This document shows, piece by piece, positions 23,401 to 35,400 of a DNA stretch of 64,000 nucleotides. Source of the stretch: Raillietiella orientalis. Lineage: Eukaryota. Position 1 is the first letter of the stretch; every line of letters begins with the position of its first letter. The notes beneath the pieces are model-generated. The model made no database searches and had not been told where the DNA came from. It saw only the letters and a list, made by a program, of their open reading frames with translations. The position numbers and the translations under genes were made by a program. The stretch covers positions 124,001 through 188,000 of the forward strand of contig JAYWIR010000003.1 in assembly GCA_036172245.1 (NCBI GenBank), in the 5' to 3' direction.

Positions 23401-26400
23401 GATCTGCCTTTCCCGGACCCGGCGTCTCGGCTGAGCGGGGAGACGGGCAGCGCCGCAGGGATGCGGCGGTGATCCACCGTGGACCACCACAGGGTGGATC
23501 GGCGCCCGCGGCAATGCGGTCGAGGCGATGCCGAACCCCGGTCGACTCCGAGGGTGCGCTCCCTGCAACCGCCGAGAGCGGTGAGCGGGCGGACGTTCCC
23601 TGACCACTGGCCATCACCCTAGGGGTAGACGCGTGAAACCCTGCGCGGCAGCAGAGAGCTTGTCGGCGACCGACCGCGGCTATGACCAGATGTCATTGCT
23701 TTTCGGCGTCCTTCCTCCTCCACTTCGTCCTTAGGGCCGTCCGGGAACTAGGCAGCGTTTCTCTTCCGAAAAGTGGTAGGGACGCGGGGAGCCCGGTCCG
23801 TGAATTGAGGGAGGCAGCGTCAGACGTGGGGGTGGGCGTGGGGGGATGGGGTTCTCCCTGCTTCTCCCCACTCCACTCCTTAAGCGGAGAAATCCCACGG
23901 GACCTTTCGAAGTTCTTCCACCGGATTTCCGGTTCCAACGGGAGTCTTGCCTCAGGTCGGGACGCCGCTCTTTCCTCCTCCACAACCAGCATTTGGCGCG
24001 GTCTCCTCTCCTCCTCAAGCCGTTCCCGTGGAAACGGGACGTCCCCGAAGACGCTGCGGGAACCATCTCGCGGCAAGAGCGAGAGGAGAGAGAAATTGAA
24101 TTTCCTCAGGGATGACGTGCACTGGCGCGCGGCCGCCCAGGCCCCGTCCAGGAATGGGACTCGGGTGCGGATCGACAAGAGGGCCGCATTCCCGAAAAGG
24201 TGGAGGCAGCCTCGCCGGACGAAGCAGGGAGGGGAAGGAGAGCCCTTGAGTCAGAGAGTGCGGGAAAGCCGACAAATGAAAGGGATGAAGCGGGCCGTCT
24301 TCCCGGAGGGGTAGAAGGAAGGGAGGAGGGAGGGACGAGGAGGAGCATCCAGGCGTTCCCTTCGTTCCCGCCGCTCCCCTCGCAGGGCGTCGTCCGCTGT
24401 CACCGCTGAGGAGGAAGTCGGGGGGGGGGGGGAGCGCGCGCTTCCCGAGCTCCCTCATCAGCCGTTCGCTCCCTCCCCTCTGCCTGCCGCCGTGTCTTCC
24501 GGCGTCCGCGCCGCCTCCGGTTACCGGAGGAGCTGGCTCGGAAGGACCCGCACTCACCGTCATGGCGAAGGGTATGGTGTTGACCATCTCCAATATGAAG
24601 TGGAAGGATAGCAGCTGGTTCCAGATGTTTCCCTGGAAACACGAGAGAGAGAGAGGGGGGGGGGGTTTGTTTTCCCCTCCGTCCCCGTGGAGCGAGGAGA
24701 TGGAGACCCCCCGCTTCGGGTGGGAGCGCGCTCGCGCCATTGGCTAAAGTCCGCTTCTGGGAAGCGCAAGCTGCGGATGCGTGGTCCCCGGCGGCGACCC
24801 GTGCGCAGTTCGGGGGTCGAGACCGGAGAGGGGCGGAGCAAAAGATCAGAGCCGAGTGCCTTCGAGGCTTCCGGTCGCTTCCCCATCGATTTTTCAGCAG
24901 GGAGATGTGACCTGTAAGGATCGGCCTGGTGTTGCATGGCAACCCGCGGGGGACGGATTGATATATGGCGTGGTTGTAAAAAATGAGTCCTGTGATGGCG
25001 CTAGGGTAATGGCGCTGTGCTGGGGAAATCAAACTGATTAGGAGCTTGATGGGGTTCGTCCTACTGGGAGGGTGCATATGCATTCATCCCAGGAGGGATG
25101 AGGAGCAAAGAATGGGGAACACGCTGGCGTGGAGCATCCCATAGGCCACATTGTTTCTCACGAGATGCGCGCGATCGTCGATTCTCTGGGATACATGGGT
25201 GGTTTAGGTGGGGGGGCTCGCTTGAAGGAGCCGGTCGAGAAGCTGGTGGGAGGTGCTCGAGACGACCACCCGATGTCCCACTCTGCCCCCACCATCCAGC
25301 GTCTCCTCCCGGAAACGTTCATTTTTTTCCTCTGAGGGAGGATTTCCAGTGGGCGCGAAAGAGGACAACGGGAAGGGTCAGAGGCTGTGCCGCACCTCGC
25401 ATCACCCCCACGCCTCGCACGTCCAGAGGGAATCTATCCCAAGCTCCGCAGCTTCTTCGCTCTTACCTTGTATCCTAGAAACGTCATCAGCAGAGTTTCA
25501 CTCAAGCTAATGACGGCCAGGAACAGCTGGAGGATCCACAGTCCGATCGGTCGGTCCACCCACAAGATGGCATCCCAGTGTATGAAGGGATCCTCGGCGA
25601 ACTCTTTGGCTGTCCTCTCATTAGACGCGAGGACCTGCGTGATGTTCTTCGCCTCGCAGCCGAAGCTAGAACGAGAGGATGACAGGAAAGCCGCAGGCAG
25701 CTCCGCAAGGGAAGGGTAGAGGGAGGGTGACTCGCGGCTTTTTAGGTGCCGCTCGCTCTGGAGAGATGAACCCCGGGAGAATTCCTGCCTGCCACTGGGT
25801 CCGATCTGCGAGGTCATCCTCGGCTGCCGCGGGCGCTCGAGGCGGCGATACGAACGAGCCCGTCCTGCAAGAGTCAGTCGCACTCCCGGGGTTCCTTAGT
25901 GCTACCCAGCGGTTCGCGCGAGTGTCCGGACAGGAGGAGAGGGAACAGCAGGGGGCGAGTAAAACCCGTGGGAAGCAGAGAGAGTCGTGCACCTAAGGCA
26001 TCCGACGTGGAGATACGACGAGGCCGACCTGCTTTGCCCCGCCCGCGTCGTCGCGACGAGGTCGGCTTCCCAAATGAGCACGGAAAGGGGCGCGCGCGCG
26101 CTGTGGCTCTCGAACGAGCCACGAGGAGTCCCGGAGGTCAGCAACTCGGATCCCCCTCTGGGGGATCGAGCGCAAAGATTGGCGCGCGCGGCGCCGCCGC
26201 CCCTTCCCCATACAAGATCGAGCCAGGAGTCCCGGTCGTAAGCTCGTTCGAAAACGCTACGTCTCCATGGGACATCGAGGTCGTAACCCGACGGTCACGT
26301 GGTACACCAAGACTCGCCAGAGGCACTGGCGACCGGGCGTCCCGGGGCCGCCCGCCGTGCCAAGAGACGACGGAAGGGATGAGACAGTCCTCTTCCCTTC

Positions 26401-29400
26401 CTCCTCCTCCTCCCTTTCTCTTCTTTTCTTCTTCCCTTCCGGGGTCCGGCGCGCTTGTCTCAGTTTCACTGAAAACGGCCATCCGCATCAGCCACACTAC
26501 TCCGAGATCACGGCAGCTTCACACTGCAGCCCGTTGACACTGCGAGGAGGAGGTGCATCGTCTGAGTCGCCCTGACGAGCTGAGGTCCACAGGATGAAGC
26601 CCCGCCGCACCTCAGCAAAGATCGGGGTGTTTCGAGTGAACGGACTGCAGGGAACTCTGGCGACCCTGTCGTCCTCCACCCACACTGCCGAATGGAGAGA
26701 GGATACTCTCTCTGCCCTCTTTCGGACCCCTTCGTGGACCAGGACGGAAATCGGCAGAGGATGCGAGATTCCCTGTGACGCCCCCTGTCAGTCCTGGCAA
26801 CCTGTTTCCATACCACCGGAAGAGCCAGGCGTCTGTCAGAGAGCGGTAAGCAAGGTGAGGTTGCGTGGAACTGGATGGGAGCGACCCGCTGCAGGTGCAA
26901 ACCACCGTCGCTTTGGCAGCCCGAAGACGAGCAAGGCGTGCAGCCCACATGAATGCGATCCACACCTATTACCTGTCCACCCCCACGCGATCGCCTGCGG
27001 GGCCCATATGCGTTTTACAGGACGGACGTTCCCGATGAAAGCACCTCAGGCCTCTCCGTCCACGCGCCGTTCCCTCAGGAGGAGGAGAGCGGTTTGAAAC
27101 GAAGGACCAGAGGGAGCGAAGACAAAGCTAGACAAGGGAAGATCGAGAACCCGGAGGAGATTGGAAATGAGTGGCACCCCGAGATCTGGGTCGACGATGG
27201 AACTCCAAGAGGACAAGGCGGACCGCTGCTTGGCGTTCCCTCGGAAATCCGGAAGCGCTTCCTTGCTCTGGTGCTTCCGGATGCGAGGGGAAGAAAGGAG
27301 GAAGGGCATCCGTCGCAGAGATGCGGAACCCCACAACTTCCTGAAGGGTTATGAGCGAAGGGCGCCACCTTCCGCGCATCGTAGATTGTCCCGTCTCAAG
27401 CGAGGAGCTCCGCAAGAGCGGTGGTAATGGAAGCCGTCGCTAAGGAGTCAGCAGGCTGCCGCGAATTGGCACCTCCCATGGAAGGACTGGAGCGCCTCCT
27501 CGGAGAGGACGAAGAAGAGACTTCTCCTTTCTTTCTCTTCCTCCTCCTCCTTTCCTTTTCCTTCATTCGAAGGCTACCTCCGCGCGCTCAGGGAGGTGTC
27601 GGAGAAGCGGAAAGGTCCACTCGGAGGTGACCCGCCCACAGCGGCACCCTGGAAAATCTCGTCCTCATCTGCGAAACGTAAGGTCCGGGACGCGGTGAAC
27701 ATTCGCCATCGGAGAGAACTGCAACCGCTTTTCAGAAAATCAGGAGCGAACCCCCAATTCCATGAGGGGGGGGAGGACTGGTTGTTTTTTACTCGGGAAA
27801 GAAGCGCGCAAGGCATGCGGCCACTCTCCTCCCTGTTTGCAGAGTTACCGGCGGAGCCTTTTCGGTCCACGGCCAGCACCGGGATGCGCGAAGTCCTGAG
27901 CCTATCGTCGGTCCCGGAAAAAGCGGATCCACCGATCCTTCTTGATCCACTAGCGGAGAGAGCGCGTCACGGAGGGTGGGGAGGGAAGGCGTCCCGCCCA
28001 TACAGATCCCTGAAGGCCGGACCACGCCCACGGAGCCGTGCTTTCCGTGCAAGTGCCGCAGGAGGTGTCCACCCTGATGCTGCGGGCGTTTTTCTGGGTC
28101 TTCTAGAGGGGACCGACGTCCCTTCCGCGCCCGTCTTTGCCCGGATGCCGAACCGGGGAAAGAAGGCAGCAGCGCTGACTTGGCTATCCTCAGCGCAGGA
28201 AGGAGGGAGGGGCAGGTTAGGTCTTTGAGGGTCAAACCGCAACTCCGACCTCAATGTCTAGAGGTCCCTCTCCTCCCGGGAAGGGTCGTGGGCTGCGTTT
28301 CCGTACGCTGTCTTCTCCTCTCTTCCCCGCTCCGCTCAATTCTCTTTCCGAGGGGGAAAGGGGAATCGACTCCGTGACTGGGAGGAGAGGAGGGGAGAAG
28401 GGGGAAGGGAGAGAGGAGGGGGAGAGGGAGAAGAGAGGGAAGGAGAGGAGGAAAGGGGAGATGGCGAAAGCGAAACACGGCCGCCTGCTTGAAACAAGAT
28501 TAACAAAATGAGGATCGATCACCATGGCAGCGGGCTACAGGCGGGCCAGGTGGCTAATCTGTGCCGAGCGCGAGCGCGATAATCAAGTGAGGAGGAGAGG
28601 AGGGGGACGGGGAGGAAATCAGGCGGACGGCTAATCGGGAGCCTCCAGAGGAGCGCCTCTTCGCCGCGTTCTTCCCGGACGCTTCACCGGCAGTGCGGAA
28701 AGCGGAGTACGTCACGCGAGGCTCTCCCGGCAACAGCATCCCCCGGCTCCAGGCGCTCTTCCGAGGGAAGGGAGCGGCATTGGGAGCAGCCATTTCTCGG
28801 CGCTGATGCTCTCGGAGGACCTTTTCGTGACGGAGGGAGTCCTTTTCGAGAGCGGGAGGTCGGAGTAGGGGCATGGGGCATGTGGGAGTTGGAGAGGAGG
28901 AGGGGAGAGGAAAACTTGCATTTTTTTTTTTGCTTTTTTTCCTCTTCCTTTTCCCAGTTCTCGCCGTTCGGATCGATCCCCAGGCTGGCTGCTGCCCGCG
29001 AGCCAGCCTCCCGAGCGCGAGAGAGCAGTGGTCACCCTGGACACGAGGGTGGTCTTCCCAAGTCACGCGCGCGACCCTGTGGGTACCAGCGGCCCCAGGT
29101 CTTTCAAGCCACCATTTCTTCTTTCCCGAGGTTCATGAATGTGCACGTGGAAACCTACTGGGCGATCGTCGTGTTCGCTTTCTTTCTTTTCCCCCTCAGC
29201 ACCTCCGCGCTGAAGGTAGACGGCTGGATGCTGCTCACCTTCGGGGTGTTCACTTCGGTTACGAGAGCCTGCTCTCCGGGTTTATCCCCTTCCGCTCCCG
29301 GCTTCAAGGCAACCAGGGTAAAGGAAGGGGGAGGAGGAGTAGGAAGAAGAAGAAATGAGGAGAAAGAGGAAAAGGAAGAAAGAGGGGGAGCACGAGGACG

Positions 29401-32400
29401 AGAGAAGGAGGGAGAAGAGGACGAGGACGATGAGGAAGCGAGGAGAAAGAGATGAGGAGGAAGAGTAGGAAGAAGACGACGGCGAAGAGGAAGAAAGGAT
29501 GGCGAGGAGGGAGAGAGGAGGAAAACGAGGAAGAGGAAAAAGAAGAGCAAAGGAGGAGGAAAATCACGATGGACCGTCTCGGCTCGCCTCATCTGAGCAC
29601 CGGCCCCACTGTGGCTGGTGGCGTTCCCTCAGGTGGAAGAGCTGCGAGCGCCCCATGAAGGAGGGAGGTCTGCAGCCCGACTGCAAACTTGAGAACCCAG
29701 AAGGTGGGCACGAGATTACGCGAGCGGGATAGGAGGGGAAATGAGGGTTCTAAGGAGCAGCAGACGACCTCCGGTCGACTGTCCCCTCGGTGACACCCCA
29801 CCTTCCTCGCGTTTCCGGGTTCCCCGAGAGCCGTCGACGAGGAGGCCAAGTCATGTCGCTTCTAAAGAACGCCCTGAGTGGAGGAAAGGCGCTGCGGGAC
29901 GCGGGAAAAGAGCCTCCTGGGTTCCGCGGGAGCGCTGCAAGAAGGGAAGTGGGATAAGAGTGAAGACTGCTTTCCTAGTCCTTCCTTCCCTCCGACCGAG
30001 GAAGTCGGAAGATACTCGAAAGGAAGCAGCGAGTTCCCTACTGTCACAGTCTCTCCATCCATCACCGCTGTATTCGGGCTCTTTCTTTTTCTCGAGACGC
30101 GTTCGGAACCCTTGGGAAAAAAAGCGCAGGGGAAGGGTGGGGGAGAGGGGAGAATCATTGCAAGATGCCCAGAAATATTGTCTGGAGGGTGTCGGGTGGC
30201 AGTGGCATCAGAAAGATGCTCGGGAATGTTCCAGAAAGCGACTCCGCAAAGGCGTGATCGGGTAAGCCTTCCCAAAAGCGATGTGCCAGAGGAGCGATAC
30301 CTCAAGAACCGTTTAGGGATCCCCGATCCCGGACCGGGAAGGAAGGATTTCCCTCTCCGTTCCCAAGGTTTCTGAGGCCCTTTAGGATTCGGTGCACTGC
30401 TAGCGCTCCCGATTCCTCTTCCCACCCCCCGTGCTCGAGGGGAAAACTCCTTACCCCAACTTCCCCGAGAGCCTCCTCTTACGGGTGTTCTCCCCCTCCA
30501 AAGACTCGATAGGACCCCGGGGAAAGGAATCTCTCCCGAGCGCGATCGGCAAGGTCTTCCCCTGCGCCGGCAGTGCCCGGGAAAGGTGGAGACTGCCGTA
30601 GTCGAGGGCAAGGAGACACTTCTTGAGGGCTGACGAGCCCGAAGGAGGAAAGGAAAAGGGCAGTGAGAGAGATGACGCCGCTCCCAGGCAGTAGGAAGGC
30701 ACGGAACGATCGCGGGAGGCGATGGACTGGAACGCCTCCTAGAAATCGTTCGCGGAAGGGGAGGACGGTCCCCTTCCCCTTTCGCGGGGGCGTTTCCCGG
30801 CACCAGGCGGTCGCTGGACGGGTCCGTCTGGCACATCAAGGCTGCGCGAGCTGCGGAGGCGGATCGCGGATTCCCTGGGGAGGGAGGAAGAGAGCGAGGG
30901 CGATCCGGCAGGGAAAAGCTCGCTCCAGGCATCCGGGGACGGCAGCGGGGATGCAGGATCGGGAACGATGGAAACCTCTCTCACCACAAGCGCTAGCTCT
31001 CCGGGAGGAAGAGTTCCATGAGTTCGTCGCTCGCGGCGCCACCGGCGTGGAGAGCGGCGAGAACCGGCGAATGGGGCGAAAGGACCTGAGCCTTCCGGGG
31101 GGGAAGCAGGAGAGGGAGGGAGCTTGCAAGAGCGGAGTTCACCACCAAGATCGTGGGATGTGCCTCCAAGGAATCGTGCCGATGCACGATTCCTTGGAGG
31201 CACTGCCGGCGACGGCGGCAGCGCCCGCCGACGCGGCGCAGCGCACAGAATGCCCCGGGACCCATCTCGGGAGCGCTGAAAGGACATCCCGCACTGAGAG
31301 GCGCCATCTCGGGGGGGATTCTTGCCCGGACAGAGCTGTCGCGAGCCATTGCCACTGGCCAGGCTGTGCTTTTGTGGATCTGCCTCTCCAGGCGTGGAGC
31401 TCTCTACGTCCAGAGAAACAGGGAGAAGAAGAAAAGGGAGAGGATGGAGGGGTAAAGGGAGAGAACGAAGAGAGGAGGTAGAAGCGGGGATAAAGAAGAA
31501 AAGGAGGAGAAGGAATAGAGAAGGAAAAGGAAGAAGAGGAGAAGGAGGGAGGAGGAGGAAAAGGGAGGGAGGAATAGAAGAGGAAGGGGAGAAGGAAGAG
31601 GAGGAAGAAGAAGAGGAGGAGGAAAAGAGGAAGAGGAGGAAAGCAAGGAGTATGGAAGAGGTCAAAAAGGGTGAAGATGCACGTTCTCCCCTCGAGCAGC
31701 CGGCGCTCCGAGAACCTGATGGCAGTCCTGATTGGGCAGTTACAGTCCTGTTTCCTGGACCACCAAGCGCACGACCGCTGGATTCGGTCCGATCTTCTAC
31801 GGAGAACAGGCCAAGGGAGAAGGCCGCTGGCAGAAGCGCCTTGTTGGGAAGCGCGCCGCTGCTGCCACCTGTGCCTTTCTCCGGGTTGGACCGCCTGTTC
31901 CGCAGAGACTTCCCTTTCCCGGATGGTCAGACTCATTTTCTCCAGGCGGTCGCTTGGAAGGGTAGGGGATAGGGAGCGTGCACGGAAGGAGCGAAGGAGC
32001 GCGGAAGAAGCAAGCGCATATGAGCATACTAGGCGAAGGGGTGCATCCACACCCCTTCGTCGCCAGCGAGCCGCCACACAGGGATGACCCCTCTAGGGAG
32101 GTCGCTATATTGGGTTCGCGCGACTAGCAGAGGTCCTTCCCAATCCTGTCCTCGCGACCAGAGGCTCCAAGACTCTCCTTCCTGCTGCCTTTCTGCACCC
32201 GCGCACGTGAGCGTCTCCCAGGCCCGAGCGCTGCAGGGGCAACAGTCAGCGTGCATCACCCCCATATCTCCCTCCTCGCCTCCCCCTTCACCCAATCTCT
32301 CTGAGGTCCTGAAGTGCAGACCCGCAGAACGCACGTGCATTTCCGCTTGGAGAGTCATCGGGTGCAAATCAAGCAGGCCCGCTGCCGCAACTTCCGGACA

Positions 32401-35400
32401 AGGGAGTTTCTCTCGAAACGGAGAGAGAGAGAGAGAAGGGAAGATGGGACGGTCTGGACCGGTGAACACAACAAACAAAACAGCAGTGGCAGCAGCAGCA
32501 GCAACAACAACGAAAAGACAGGGAGAGAAGAAATCGAGGCCGTTAGGGTAGGGTACTTTGGTCCGGGGGCAAGTCTGGATGGGAAGCTGGAGGATTCGAC
32601 AAGAAAGGACTGAAGATTCGACCATGGGGAAGCAGTTGAGAGGGAATGGTGATGACTGGTGGAGGCATCGGCGACTCTAGGTCGGCGGTGGCCGACCACC
32701 AGAGCAACCTAGAGGCATCTTTTCCCAGGAAGAGTTGAAGGAGGCTTGAGAGGGAGGAGGGGGAAAAATAGTGTCCATCACCTTCCTCCCTTCCTGGAGC
32801 TACAGCGAGGCCAGGAAGGGGGGAAGAAGGAAGCAGGGTGTGTTCCCGTGGAAGCGTCCGGCTGGTCCGAGGAGTGGGCGCGTTCTCCCACAGGAGGCTG
32901 CTCTCGCTGCTCCAGGTGCAGGGAAACCGGACAAGCGGCCAGATTCCCTGCTAGGTCGAAACCTGTCCCCAAGGAGCGCGAGGATATGGGAAAAGGGCAG
33001 AGGGGGAGGAGCAGCCGAAGGGAATGAACCCGCCCCAGCCGCCATCTTGCATTGCGGATCCAGGATGGCCTCGCCCCGCAGGGCAAGAGAGTCGCTGCGT
33101 AAGGAAAGCAAAACCCCTTTCCAGCTGTCTACTCTTTCTCCTGCTCCCGCAGAATTCATCGCCTTTCCCTTCCGGGAAAGGCGATGAATTCTCGATGAAT
33201 TTTCACGGTCCTCCAGGAAACCCTGCGCTTTCCGCATCCGCTCTCCCCCCTCCGAGCGTCGCCGGCCGAAGGTCGCGGCGGCCCCCAGTCCAGAATGGAG
33301 GCGGCCGGAGCGGCTCTGCCTGCTCCGGGTGGTTGCTGGGAAGACGGAATGCCCTGGGGGCGTGCACGCCGAGGCGACCACTTACCACCTGGCGAAGGTC
33401 GGCTCGGTGTCGAACCCCACTCTGGAGATGTACAGGAGGCAGGTGAGGATTTTGATCAGGAAGTTGAACATCCGTATCCTCAGACCTGGAGGGATACGAC
33501 AGGAAGCATCAGTAAGAGGAGGGAGAAGGAAGACACAAAATGCCCTGGGTCTCCCGCTTTTCCAGGAGGAGGGGTCGCTGAGCTGGCGCGCATTCCTCGT
33601 TTGGGGGCCGAACTCCGGAGGGGCTGGAAAAAACACCACCGCTCCTCCCTACTCCTCCGTTCAGGGGGATCGGGACGAGAACGCTATCTGCGGATCCGTG
33701 GAACCTCTGAGAAACAGAGAAGGACCCTCTTCAGGGCGGAAGCGCCTTCTCCGGGCCCTTCCTTTTGGAGTGGGGTCGGCGTCCTCGAGCAGGACAGCCG
33801 GGAATGGGGAACGAGCAAGCGAATTGCCCGCCGTCGCCGACGATCCCCGCTCCCAACGGGAGTGCTGTCCGCCCCCAGCGCCGGCACTTGGAAAGCCATG
33901 CAAGCAAAAGCAAGAGGGGGAAAAGAAATGGCGGCCCAGAACCCCAGGACACTTCTGCTCCTTGAGGAGCAGCAAGTCTGAAAGGCGTCTCAGTCCGAGA
34001 GTGGCGAGGCGGACGGACGCGGCGCCGCGAGCCCCGCCCGCCCTCCCGCCTCGCCCGAGCCTGGAGGGGGAGGGGTCAAAGGGAGGTGGGGCAACGAACC
34101 GCCCCGAGTGCTCCTGGAAATGCCAGCTGGCTCTGCGCGAGGGCGCAACCTGAGGCCAAGCGAACCGCGGCGACGACCCTCCAGGTCGTCTTCTTCTTCT
34201 TCACCGTCTTCCTCCATGCTGACCCAGAGACGGGGTGAAGAAGGAAGGGAGGAAGCAGGGAACCGCCTCGGGGAGGTCAAAGGCCGAACGCCCAGGAAGG
34301 CTAGGAGATCGCGATCGCGGCGGAAGGGAAGGGAGGGTGGGATGAGGAGTGCGACCCACCCGACTCGACCCCTTCCCGAACGGTCGATCTCCTCCCTCTC
34401 GTCCTTCAAATGCTGGGCAGGGGGGTGGGGCTCCGGATACTTACTGGATCTCTGGTTCTTAATGAAGTACAGGTTCAGGCGTTCCCGCAGGGTGTTCTCG
34501 TTGACGTAGTACTCCACGCGCACCCTAGAAAAGAGAGGGACAGATGAGAGGGAGGTAGAAGGGGCGGAAGCTGGCATCGCGCTATCCCCTTTCATCTCGG
34601 CGGCGGCGATCTCGGGGAGGAATGGAGAAGCCGCGGGCAGCTCGTGGCGACCACCACGGGGAGCAGCAGCGCCCGCAGCCGGAGCGGAGTCGCATCCACC
34701 CCACGGCAGGTGCTCGAAGGTGACGAAAGTGACGATAGGGGCGAAGCCTCCTGCCATGGCTCCCTTCCTGCCCGCTCTCGCAGGTCCCTCGCACGCGAGC
34801 ACGGACGAGTCGTCGTCGCCACGGGTCCGCGCCAAGATGGTCCTTGCAGCTCCCTTCAGATGACTCCCGCGCGCACCCATTCTGGAGTTACCTCCGTCTC
34901 ACTGGCCCGACGGAGGAGGGGGAGGGGTGACAGAAGGGAGGGAGTGGCTCCCGGAAGGTAAAGCGAAAAACGGGAACGGCTTGCTCCTTGTGCGCACTGC
35001 GTTCTCCCTCTCAGCGTCGCACGTGCCTGGGGGGTTGCTTCACATGGGTTGAGGGGAGTCCACTCCCCTATCCCCCAAGCCTAGTGGAGGCCGGACTGGC
35101 CACGACGAGAACGACGACCCCGATCTCTCCTTGGCGAGTTCGAGAGGCGACCCCGGAAATCTTCAAGAGCAGGTTGAGGGGAGCCTACTCCCCCGAACCT
35201 AGTGGAGCTGAAACGGGCCACGATGACGACCCTGATCTCTCCCTGGCAAGTCCGAGGGAGATCCTGGGAATCTTTGAGGGCGCGCGTCTCCGAACGGGGT
35301 CGCTCCCTGCGCGGGTGGGAGGCGTCCCTCCGGGCAGGGGACGGAAGAGCGGCGCACCTCCTGGAAGAGGTTCGACCTGTCCAATCCTGCCCCCAATCGG

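Noticed and set aside
26760..27040. THAP-like fragment (LWQP..CSPH)
   Set aside because: It needs a frameshift and lacks the other THAP residues
29155..29302. Exon-like minus-strand segment ([21 protein letters not shown]..) in intron 3
   Set aside because: In the phase required after exon 3 it meets a TAA stop, and the upstream ORF derives from a polypurine tract
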